Assembly (NCBI GenBank): GCA_965203315.1 | Contig: OZ241857.1 | Location: forward strand, 192,001 to 256,000 | Direction: 5' to 3' | From: Nitrosopumilus sp. | GTDB lineage: Archaea; Thermoproteota; Nitrososphaeria; Nitrososphaerales; Nitrosopumilaceae | DNA length: 64,000 nt | Part shown: positions 10,130 to 19,443 of the stretch, piece after piece | Numbering within the stretch: the stretch's first letter is position 1 | How the letters are laid out: each line of letters starts with the position of its first letter | Translations under genes and position numbers: made by a program | The notes under the pieces: generated by a model | Database searches by the model: none | Seen by the model: only the letters and a program-made list of their open reading frames with translations | What the model was told of the DNA's origin: nothing

Positions 10130-11919
10130 GCAGCACACTCACCCTTGCCGGTCTTTGTATGATAGCTGGTATCGCTACCATAGTCTAGATAAAAGTCGGG
10201 TTCCTCATCTTTTGCTGGCGGAACAGTAAATGGTAACAACTCTTGTTTGATATCAGCAAGCGAAGATACTGCCGAGTCTTCACAATTATTTACGATTCGA
10301 TCTATCCATGTCTTTAATGTGTCGTTGGGTCTCTTGTTGGATCTGAACATGTCTATTATCTTCAAGATTACGGGAATTACACGTTTTGCAGGTACGCGCA
10401 GACACACATCTCCTAAACGAGTTTGACCGTCTGAACGTCCACCCAACAACATCTGATAGTTTGCATACATGTCTTTGCCTAATCTTGCTCCGCCACCAAA
10501 GAAGCCTATTGTAGCAATTCCGTGTTGTCCACAAGAGTTTGGGCAACCACTGATCTTTATCGTAGCGTCACGTAGATCATCGTCAGTGTCGAGATTCAAT
10601 TCTAGAAATTTGCGTTGAATCTCTTTTGCGAGTCGGTGAGAGTTGGTGAGAGCAAGGTTGCAAGATGTCGTTCCAGAACACCCTATGGGTGCCGCCATGG
10701 TCAATGCACCTGATTTAGCTAGACTATTCTCCAATAGTCTAGAGTACAGTGATGGGAGATCGTCTTGATGTACATATCGTAATGCTATATTTTGTACAAA
10801 TCCACATCTTGCCTTACCTTCAGCAGAATAGTCGCGTATGATTCCCGCAAGAGATGATAATTGATTTGAAGTGATGTCACCTGCTTCAAGAGTGACAAAC
10901 ACGGTGTGATAACCAGACTGTTTTTGAAGAATGGTGTTTGTCTTGAGCCAACGATTATACCCATCTGGAGTTGATCCGCTGTCGTCTGTTACTCGAATTG
11001 GTCTACGTATCTGGATATCATCATCTAGATCGAGTCTAGTCACAACCGATTGAGTGGCTCGAACTATTGCACGTTCCTTTAGAACCAAGTTTTGAAATGT
11101 CTCCCAACCCATATCATGAACTAGATATCGCATACGATTTCTTGCAAGGTTTCTTCTGTCGCCTAATCTGTCAAATATTCTCATTACTGCTATAGATGTA
11201 TACAAGAGATCTTCTTCTGGTGTAAACTCTTCGAGCTGATGACCGACATATGACTTGTTTCCTAGTCCGCCTCCGAGAAATATACGAAAACCACGTTGTT
11301 GTTTGCCATCTATATCTCTGATCTGAGGAACAAGACCCACATCGACCATTCGTATCATGCCGTGTTCTTCACAACAAGTAAAGTTGAACTTGAATTTACG
11401 AGGAAGATTCTGTGCCATCGGATTTCGTAGAAAAAACTTGGCAGTTGCAACTGCATAAGGCGTTGCATCAAAAGACTCTTTTGAACATACACCGGACAAT
11501 GGACTACACATGACGTTACGAACAGTGTTGCCACACGCTTCTCGTGATGTCAGACCTACATCAGCTAGACCCCGCATTATCTCGGAGACATCTTCTAGAA
11601 TGACCCAGTGGAGTTGAATATTCTCACGAGTCGAGAAATGAGCACTCCCTATAGAGTACTGTTCACTGAGCTGTGCTATCTTTTCAAGCTGATTTGGATA
11701 AATCTCTCCAGCAGGAATCTTTATTCGAACCATTGCATAGTCGCCAGTCATTCTGGTACCATAAGCACCATGCTGGAGTCTAAAACGTCTAAAACTGTCT
11801 TCATCATACTTGCCTTGTCGAAAGAGTTTTACAGTCTCTGCAAAGTTGTCTGCTTCTTCGACTCTCGACCAACTCGTCTTTGGTAATACTGGATCTCTCT
11901 CTGTCTCGATCGTACTCAT
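10126..11919 (-). CDS. Siroheme sulfite/nitrite reductase
   Basis: C-x5-C and SGCPNSC siroheme/4Fe-4S motifs, LPRKFK. Confidence 0.92.
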   Translation of the reverse strand: MSTIETERDPVLPKTSWSRVEEADNFAETVKLFRQGKYDEDSFRRFRLQHGAYGTRMTGDYAMVRIKIPAGEIYPNQLEKIAQLSEQYSIGSAHFSTRENIQLHWVILEDVSEIMRGLADVGLTSREACGNTVRNVMCSPLSGVCSKESFDATPYAVATAKFFLRNPMAQNLPRKFKFNFTCCEEHGMIRMVDVGLVPQIRDIDGKQQRGFRIFLGGGLGNKSYVGHQLEEFTPEEDLLYTSIAVMRIFDRLGDRRNLARNRMRYLVHDMGWETFQNLVLKERAIVRATQSVVTRLDLDDDIQIRRPIRVTDDSGSTPDGYNRWLKTNTILQKQSGYHTVFVTLEAGDITSNQLSSLAGIIRDYSAEGKARCGFVQNIALRYVHQDDLPSLYSRLLENSLAKSGALTMAAPIGCSGTTSCNLALTNSHRLAKEIQRKFLELNLDTDDDLRDATIKISGCPNSCGQHGIATIGFFGGGARLGKDMYANYQMLLGGRSDGQTRLGDVCLRVPAKRVIPVILKIIDMFRSNKRPNDTLKTWIDRIVNNCEDSAVSSLADIKQELLPFTVPPAKDEEPDFYLDYGSDTSYHTKTGKGECAA

Positions 11920-12026
11920 ATTGTATACAAGACCTTGCAGTTTGGTTATAAATTTTAGATATCGTGATATTTTTGGAGTGTCACAACAGAATAGAACACA
12001 TATCTTTCCTACATCTAGACTTTTAT

Positions 12027-12203
12027 GGTTCTGTTAACCTGACGGGGGTTGGCATTTTATGCGCAAAATTCTCAAAAAATTTTGTAAAATATGGAAACGG
12101 TCTCACATCGGCAATCGTAAATTTCTGCTGTTTTGAGTCTCATGTTGTGCGTTCATCGAGATAACGTCATCACGATCTTGACCCTCATCGATTGAACAGA
12201 ACC
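12027..12203. mobile_element. MITE family B
   Basis: Similar to 1011-1188. Confidence 0.85.
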
Positions 12204-12363
12204 CATTTGTAAAATATCTATACGTAGAACGGTTTCTAGATATTGCTCGTCTCAGCGAATCTGACTGTTTGCGCATTAAATTCTCGAGACACGCAACCTT
12301 GTTGATTTCATTTGATTGATTGTTTGATCTTTTGGTTAGATTAGAGTTACTTTACGATGTCTG
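12204..12363 (-). pseudogene. 5' end remnant of an ISH3-like IS
   Basis: Matches about 60003-60167, including the terminal GATGTCTG. Confidence 0.8.
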
Positions 12364-12436
12364 GAATACCCTTTTTGATATGTAGCAAGATCCATTCGCA
12401 AACAAGATTTAAAAAACCAACGTCTCAATATGGGCT

Positions 12437-13288
12437 ATGAGGACCAAATCGATTATAATTAACACCGATATAATTTACAATGAAGATTGTATTGATACAA
12501 TGGCACGATTTCCTGATAACTGTATCGACCTTGTAGTTACTTCTCCTCCATATGACAACATGAGAAAGTACAACGGCAACAGTTTCAACGAATTTGAGAC
12601 CATATCGTGTGAACTATACCGAGTGATAAAAGATGGCGGAGTTGTTGTGTGGGTTATAGGCGATCAAACACATAATGGAAACGAGAGCGGAACATCATTT
12701 ACACATGCCTTGTTCTTCAAAGAGATCGGATTTAATCTATTTGATACAATGATATATCTCAAACCTCCACGCGGTGCTGTTGGTAACAACAAGACTTATT
12801 GGCAATCATTCGAGTACATGTTTGTATTTTCTAAAGGTAAACCGAAAACGATCAATCTCTTAATTGACAGAGAGAACAAAGATTCTCGAGATGGAGATAA
12901 CGGTACAAAGAGATTGTGCAACGGTACCCTAAAGAACGTAAAACGAAACGGATACGAAAAGATGGGTAGAAGGACTAACGTTTGGGAGTACTATACTGGA
13001 AAAGGACACTCTGCAACAGACAACATAGCACATCAACACCCCGCAATATTTCCAGAAAAACTCGCAAGAGATCATATCATGTCCTGGAGTAACAAGGGCG
13101 ATATCGTATATGATCCGTTTATGGGTTCTGGTACAACCGCAAAGATGTGTGTCCTGAATGATCGCAAGTACATAGGAAGTGAGTTGGATGAAAATTATTA
13201 TATGATATCAAAAAAGAGATTAAGGGCTTGTCAGACCCAGATACGACTAGACAAAAACGGTGTAGAGGGTGCAAGCAATACAAGATAG
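12437..13288 (+). CDS. Beta-class N4-C/N6-A DNA methyltransferase
   Basis: TSPPY precedes HPAIFP and DPFMGSGTT. Confidence 0.92.
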   Translation: MRTKSIIINTDIIYNEDCIDTMARFPDNCIDLVVTSPPYDNMRKYNGNSFNEFETISCELYRVIKDGGVVVWVIGDQTHNGNESGTSFTHALFFKEIGFNLFDTMIYLKPPRGAVGNNKTYWQSFEYMFVFSKGKPKTINLLIDRENKDSRDGDNGTKRLCNGTLKNVKRNGYEKMGRRTNVWEYYTGKGHSATDNIAHQHPAIFPEKLARDHIMSWSNKGDIVYDPFMGSGTTAKMCVLNDRKYIGSELDENYYMISKKRLRACQTQIRLDKNGVEGASNTR

Positions 13289-13633
13289 GAAGAGTTTGCA
13301 AAGAACCAATTTGGTAAAGACAACAGAGTATTACGCAGACCAATATGTAAAGCATGTTACAAAAAGAAGAGAGCGATCAGTCCAAAAGCGAGACGTGATT
13401 ACATAAAGAATAATCCCAAGACTGCAATGGGAGAAAAGTTCACATGTCCAATATGTCGCAAGGTCATAATTCATGAACACAAGAACGAGATATGTCTCGA
13501 TCATGATCAAGAGACAGGTAGGATTCGTGGATGGATATGCATAAGTTGTAATTCATGTATTGACAAATTCAATGAAGATACACAAATTCTGGAAAGAGCG
13601 TTCAAATGGTTAAAAGGAGATCTAAATCCTTAA
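13228..13633 (+). pseudogene. Frameshifted His-Me (Hpy99I/EndoVII-like) endonuclease
   Basis: CRGC in one frame; RPICKAC, CPICRK and LDHDQETGRIRGWICISCN in another. Confidence 0.7.
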
Positions 13634-13751
13634 TCTATACTTGCACAAATAACATAACCGTTATTGACGAGTCGTCAGGAGATGAACATCATATCAAATG
13701 AAGGAGTGAACAACTTTTCATATCCCACACGTGAACAAATCGTTCATAGTC

Positions 13752-13794
13752 TTTAAATACAAACTCTTGATGGAAATATCAATAACATGAATAA
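13752..13794 (+). promoter_or_regulatory. TATA box plus 28-bp repeat (left site) carrying a copy of the S-layer start
   Basis: TTTAAATA at 13752-13759; TTGATGGAAATATCAATAACATGAATAA at 13767-13794 is the exact reverse complement of 19037-19064. Confidence 0.8.
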
Positions 13795-14146
13795 TTGTAC
13801 ATGTTGTACAATGTGCCTGTGTAAAGTTTAGCATGATGTTTTGTAGTCTATTGTCCTACACACCAAGTTCAGATCGCTCATATCAAGCATCTCGTGAATG
13901 AGCAGTATTGTATAATGCAAGAGTCGAGAATGAAGGAGTAGAAATCATCGTATATTTGACCTTATTCATATTGCGCCTTTTGCATGAAATCAATAATACA
14001 CACTAGCATAACTTTGTATTTTCTAGAGGGAAAATGTAGATAATGTTACATATTTCCTTAATTTGCATAATAAATTTGACAATATGAATAAGGTCAATTG
14101 TCATTGACACTGTATGTAGATATCACTATGCATAGTTGTATCATAT

Positions 14147-14166
14147 AAAAAAAGAAAAAGAAAAAG
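14147..14166 (-). terminator. Oligo-T terminator of the S-layer gene
   Basis: T-rich tract on the minus strand immediately after the stop codon. Confidence 0.6.
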
Positions 14167-14172
14167 TTTGAA

Positions 14173-17100
14173 CTAGTTTACAGTTATTGTTGTTGTCTGT
14201 TGTGGAGATAGTGCAGTTGGTATCGTCAACGACTCCCATGCAAATACGGTAATTGTGTATTCACCGGATGCTGTTGGTATCCAAGACTGAGATGGACTAA
14301 GCGATTGAGATGGTGTCAATGAACCATCAATCCAAGACAGAGATACTGTAACGCCATCGCTATCTTGTATTTGTATCAAGTATGCAAATGGCTGGTCTTT
14401 GTCTTGTGTGTTTGTCAAATCTGCAGTGATCTGGACTTGTTGATCTATTGATACTGTACTGAGTGTTGTACCTGTAGAGTCTACTATTCTCAATGACTCG
14501 ATGTTTACTCGTTCTAGAGGAGGTACTATTGTTCCTATTATTGTGGTTGCAGTGATGTCCTCAGAGTCGCCTGTATTGTATGGAGCAGGTAGAGTGTTGT
14601 CGCTGTACTTTGCAGTGACTGTGTCTCCTTCTTCTGCGGATAGTTTGTGACCACCTGATTGGACAGAGAGTCCAAAGAATACAGTACCTTCAAAGATACC
14701 ACTTGCTGGTTGAGTCTCTGTTACTGTAAGGGTTATTCCACTGGGTGCACTAGAAGACCATACTTTGACCTCAAAGTTGTCTGCAGATTCTGGATTCAAG
14801 TTCATGTCGGGATCGATTACACGTAGTACGCCTGTAGCTGTAGCAGGATAACTTGCTTCTAGCCACTGAACTTCACCAATGTTCCAACGGATTAGAGCAG
14901 ACTTGCGAACAGTCTCGTCGTCAGAGAACTCGAATGATACCTCGAGTCCGTCGTCGTTGTCTGTTGGTAATAGTCCATCGGTTGGTCCATTACATCTATC
15001 ACATGTACGACCTGTGACGTCTTTACCATCTGCGCCCGTATCTTGATCACCGTCTGCGTCGTACGAGAATCCTGTCAGTATTACTTCACCTGTAAAGATA
15101 CCAGTGTTTGTACCTGTCTCTACGAGTTTGTAGTTTTTAATGTCGTCGGATCTTGTAGCAACACGCACTGGATATGGATCCGCACCAATCTCGTCTACTT
15201 GGTTTGTGTTTAGGTTGTGATCAGGAGCTGTTACAGTAATGAATACCTTGTCGGTCCAACTGTATACGCTTTGATCTAGTTCTATTGTAGCACCAAAGTT
15301 TGATGTGAATACCGTTCTGTCGATATCTTCTGTATTATCACCTACAAAGTCTGCACCTGATGGTCCATAGTCGGTGTACTCTAGCTTGATCTCTTCACCA
15401 CGTTCTAGTCTGTCGCCGTCTATGTCCCTAGGAACAGATATGACCACTTGGAAGATACCTGTGCTAGGACCAGTCTCTCGTAGAGAACCTGGTTCTGCAT
15501 CGAATATACCTTCACTCAGATTCTTGGTACCTGCGTCCGAGTCCCACTTGATCAGATCAAGTGTGTATGTTTCGCGTGTACCGCTGTCTAGATCAAGGTC
15601 TGGATCGATGAGTGTTACGATCATGTCCGAGCCTATCACATATACAGACTTGTCTGTCTGTAGGGCACCGTTTCGTAGATCAAAGGTAGCAGAGTCTGTG
15701 ACTGTACGTGGGTTACCAGAAGCATCTGTAGTGTCGTTGTACTGTACTGTAATGATATCACCTTGTAGGATACATGTACGGCTTGTCGTACCGTCAGCTA
15801 TTGTTCTACTTGGACAGTCACTACCACTTGGTCCATCTATGTAAGATAGATCAAAGCTTACTTCGAACACTCCAGATTCAGGAGATGTCTCTGTTAGAGC
15901 ACCCAAATTCTTTGGATCACATGTACCAGTATCTCGAGCATTAGTGTACCTTAACTCTGCCAAGAGATATTCGGTATATTTTGTAGCCTTTTCAGTAGGA
16001 TCTGTAGCATCAGCATGTGCCTTTTTTGCGGCATCTCGCTTTCGTTCCAACTGACTAACCTCGTCGTTTGCCTCTGATGTAGTGCCACCTGCATGACCTA
16101 TTAAACACTCATCACCGCTGCGAGAGACTGTTACCTTGACTGGTCCGTTTCCAGACATGCCTTCGATCTTGTCCTCGCCTGTAGGATTCAAGTTGTAGTC
16201 TGGGTCGTTTACTTGAACATAGACTTTGACTGTACCAAGTGGAAGATTCGTTCCGGCCATGTCTAGGGCTCTTGAACCAGTTGTTGTACCCTGACCATAC
16301 GGAACTGGATATACAGTTCTATCTAGAGATACAGAGCCTGTACTTGCACCAATCGATGCAGAGTCACCAGCTGTGACTATCTGACCAGATGCATCTCTAA
16401 AGTCTAGATATGTTACACCAATATCTTTGCCGCTTGTAGGTGTGTTAGGATTTCTCGTGTTTACTGTATCGTCGTCATTAAAGTTGCATACTTGTTTTGG
16501 TATAGAAAATGAACCTGTAAAGACTCCTGTACTGGATCCGGTCTCTTGTAGAGTGAATCCGGTTTTACCGAGTCCGTTCTGAATGTTATCATCTAGGCTA
16601 CATGCACCAGATTTCCATCTCTCACCACCAATGGTTACCTCTAGGAGCATTCCTAGTGATTTGCCACCTGGTAGTAGAGACTTGTACTCGATACCAGCTA
16701 CATTGGTTACACTCATGCCTACTTGATCTCTATCTGTGTCATTGTGGTTACTGTCCATCACGACAGTATAGGTATCAGCACGATCAGGATCTGTATTCAA
16801 GTCTGCGTCTTCTAGCGTTATGACGACATTACTGCCTACACTGTATGTCTCTGCGTTTAGAGATACCACACCACTAGAGGTTGCAATATCTTGTTGGTCA
16901 GAGACCACAACTGTGTTATCATTTGCGTTCGTATCGACATAGTTTACTCGCGCGTCAGAGCCTGTAATGTCCTCAAAGGCGATGAATTTGACTTCGTTGC
17001 CTATTGGTGTGATGCTTTCGTATATGTAACCAGTTTTGATTACTGAGCCTGCTTCCAGAGCTAACTTGTCATGTACTATAACATCGAGTTGGTTTACCAT

Positions 17101-19044
17101 GACGTACTCTAGTGTTCCTGTAAAGGTACTGGTGTTCTCGCCAGTCTCTTCTACCTCGACTCGTATTATTTGGTTTGCAACTCTCTCGTTTGCTTGTGCA
17201 CCGTCGTTATAGAATCCATAGGAGAAGAAATCTGCAACTATAGGATATTTTTTGTCTTTTTCAAACTTAAACTGGTTTGTGAATGATAGTACCAGTAGAA
17301 CTGGTGTATCATCGTTTACATTGGGTCTATTTGATAGTTCTGGACCAGATAGTGAGAATACTTCAGTCCAAACATAGCCACCATTGACAACAGTAGAGAC
17401 TTTCCATTCTGTTATATCTCTAAGGTCATTAGTAGTGGAATATGGTATTGTACTAACGGTGAGAGCGGCACCATAAATGGCATTCCGGTCATTGTCAAGT
17501 AAGATAAGATCGCCAGCCATGTTATTGGTACCGAAGACACCATAATCATAGTTGAATAGATTGCGTCCTGTAAAGTTGCCTGTACCGTTGAGGTCATCGT
17601 CATTGATTGATTCACGAAGATCTCCAAGAGTACCTAATGGAATAGCAACTCTTCTGACAGTTGTATCTTCTACAACTGATATGATTCCTCTATGACTATC
17701 ATCTACTGTGTAATTTAGTGCGTATGTGTTACTTTGACTGGAATCTGTCGAATATGTTATAGCGCTAGTACTTGCACTGTATCCATAGATTGTAGCGTTT
17801 GTGCCGTCCTTTAGTGTATGTGGATCTCCAGTCATGAATATTGGAATTCTTGCGTCTGGATTAGATACAGTTTGATCGTCTTCTGCATCACTGTCTTTGT
17901 TTTGATCTGCATCAACTATGGTTAGGTCTATTTTTTCACCCGAGTTCCACGTGCCGTCCTCGATATCGAGGTTTACTGTAGCAGTGGTTAGTCGTAGGTT
18001 TACGGCTACACTCTCATCACTATATGTGATCTGCGTGTTTGTGCCTCGTGGTGCATCGTCTTTGATCTTTATTGATCCACCCTTGTCTGCAATCTCAAAG
18101 ATACCAGTGTTTGGTCCAGTCTCATCGAATTGGAGTAAGTTTATGGTGTTACCACTAACAGTATGTGCACGAAATGTAACGTCAAGTATCTTTTCCATAT
18201 CTCCCATCGGTACATCAAGGATACAATCATCTTCACAACCAAAGGCGCCAGTATCTGTTCGCCAATGATTAAAATCATTGCCATGGTCAAACCCAACCCT
18301 CTTACCAGGTTCATCGGTAATTTCAGTATTTTCCTGCATCATCAAATACACCGTATCTTTCGCAGTAGGGTCTGCATTTAGTACATGATCGGTGATTGTC
18401 AGATAGACATTTGCACCTCTTGGGTAAGAGTCTCGATCGAGTTCGATTGAATTGTTTTTAGACGTGTCGTATGTTACCGTTACTGTCTGAGGATTTCCAG
18501 CCTTGTGATAAACGACTTCAACTTCGTCTCCATCATCAAGATCAAGATACATTACATGTTTAGCGTCACCTGCATTAGTAACGAGTATCTTGTTAGTGGT
18601 ACTACCTCTTTGGTAAGGTAGTTCACTTAGCAATACTGCTCTGAAACCAGCATCGTCGGTAGTGATATCACCTACGGGTGACTTGTCATCAAAGTCGCCA
18701 TCTCCGTTGCCATCTCGGCCACTATCAGTAAAGTAACCATACCAAGAACCATCACCACCGTGTTGCAAAGTGAGATCTTTATCATCAACTGTGACTCTAG
18801 GCATTCCATCACCTTTATCGGTCCGTAAAGGATCACTTACAATAACCTCTACATACTGTATACCACCAAAAGTATTGTCGAATCTAGCGCCATATCCATT
18901 TGGATCAGCAGCTGAGACGTATAGGTTTGGTGTCGACTGGGCATATACTGGTTCCATGCTCGGTATAGCAAAGGTCAGTCCGCCAGCGACCATTATCGTC
19001 ATTAGTATTAAACTAGTTGTTTTTCGTCCTATTTCGTTATTCAT
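14173..19044 (-). CDS. Thaumarchaeal S-layer protein
   Basis: MNNEIGRK..LMTIMVAGGLTFAIP signal region, repeated ETG..TG.F.G Ig-like modules and a typical C-terminal domain (PFAYLIQIQD..SLSWI). Confidence 0.88.
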   Translation of the reverse strand: MNNEIGRKTTSLILMTIMVAGGLTFAIPSMEPVYAQSTPNLYVSAADPNGYGARFDNTFGGIQYVEVIVSDPLRTDKGDGMPRVTVDDKDLTLQHGGDGSWYGYFTDSGRDGNGDGDFDDKSPVGDITTDDAGFRAVLLSELPYQRGSTTNKILVTNAGDAKHVMYLDLDDGDEVEVVYHKAGNPQTVTVTYDTSKNNSIELDRDSYPRGANVYLTITDHVLNADPTAKDTVYLMMQENTEITDEPGKRVGFDHGNDFNHWRTDTGAFGCEDDCILDVPMGDMEKILDVTFRAHTVSGNTINLLQFDETGPNTGIFEIADKGGSIKIKDDAPRGTNTQITYSDESVAVNLRLTTATVNLDIEDGTWNSGEKIDLTIVDADQNKDSDAEDDQTVSNPDARIPIFMTGDPHTLKDGTNATIYGYSASTSAITYSTDSSQSNTYALNYTVDDSHRGIISVVEDTTVRRVAIPLGTLGDLRESINDDDLNGTGNFTGRNLFNYDYGVFGTNNMAGDLILLDNDRNAIYGAALTVSTIPYSTTNDLRDITEWKVSTVVNGGYVWTEVFSLSGPELSNRPNVNDDTPVLLVLSFTNQFKFEKDKKYPIVADFFSYGFYNDGAQANERVANQIIRVEVEETGENTSTFTGTLEYVMVNQLDVIVHDKLALEAGSVIKTGYIYESITPIGNEVKFIAFEDITGSDARVNYVDTNANDNTVVVSDQQDIATSSGVVSLNAETYSVGSNVVITLEDADLNTDPDRADTYTVVMDSNHNDTDRDQVGMSVTNVAGIEYKSLLPGGKSLGMLLEVTIGGERWKSGACSLDDNIQNGLGKTGFTLQETGSSTGVFTGSFSIPKQVCNFNDDDTVNTRNPNTPTSGKDIGVTYLDFRDASGQIVTAGDSASIGASTGSVSLDRTVYPVPYGQGTTTGSRALDMAGTNLPLGTVKVYVQVNDPDYNLNPTGEDKIEGMSGNGPVKVTVSRSGDECLIGHAGGTTSEANDEVSQLERKRDAAKKAHADATDPTEKATKYTEYLLAELRYTNARDTGTCDPKNLGALTETSPESGVFEVSFDLSYIDGPSGSDCPSRTIADGTTSRTCILQGDIITVQYNDTTDASGNPRTVTDSATFDLRNGALQTDKSVYVIGSDMIVTLIDPDLDLDSGTRETYTLDLIKWDSDAGTKNLSEGIFDAEPGSLRETGPSTGIFQVVISVPRDIDGDRLERGEEIKLEYTDYGPSGADFVGDNTEDIDRTVFTSNFGATIELDQSVYSWTDKVFITVTAPDHNLNTNQVDEIGADPYPVRVATRSDDIKNYKLVETGTNTGIFTGEVILTGFSYDADGDQDTGADGKDVTGRTCDRCNGPTDGLLPTDNDDGLEVSFEFSDDETVRKSALIRWNIGEVQWLEASYPATATGVLRVIDPDMNLNPESADNFEVKVWSSSAPSGITLTVTETQPASGIFEGTVFFGLSVQSGGHKLSAEEGDTVTAKYSDNTLPAPYNTGDSEDITATTIIGTIVPPLERVNIESLRIVDSTGTTLSTVSIDQQVQITADLTNTQDKDQPFAYLIQIQDSDGVTVSLSWIDGSLTPSQSLSPSQSWIPTASGEYTITVFAWESLTIPTALSPQQTTTITVN

Positions 19045-19064
19045 GTTATTGATATTTCCATCAA
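19037..19064 (-). repeat. 28-bp inverted repeat (right site) spanning the S-layer start codon
   Basis: Exact inverted copy of 13767-13794. Confidence 0.9.
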
Positions 19065-19443
19065 TAATTTGCAAATGATTAGATGGGTGAACGATTAGCA
19101 TCGACATGCCTAATAGATGACATGGCAGAACACTCTATACGGGATTGAGAAACTATAGTCGATAAAAAGACACAAGACATCGAGCAGTTCAGAATACTGT
19201 AGAGCATTCGTGTTGTGTACACTGTTAAACTTGTGGACACTGCCATATGCAATTCTGGTAGGTGATCTGTATGGTGTCTAGAAGATTATTTTTGGATGTC
19301 ATAAGATATGCTCGACAAGACATACTTGTAACCGCGACCGTTAACTACGCCCTAAATGTTTAACATACGTCCATTTGTAAAGACTGACACACAACATACA
19401 TTGTTTATAATAACATAATTATTTCAGTACATGTGTAACAAAT

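Noticed and set aside
13286-13291. Amber readthrough fusing the MTase to the nuclease
   Set aside because: No pyrrolysine evidence, and the nuclease's first CxxC lies in another frame, so a frameshift is simpler.
19045-19107. N-terminal extension of the S-layer ORF in the ORF track
   Set aside because: The family-typical start is MNNEIGRK at 19044; the extension lies over the repeat/promoter region.
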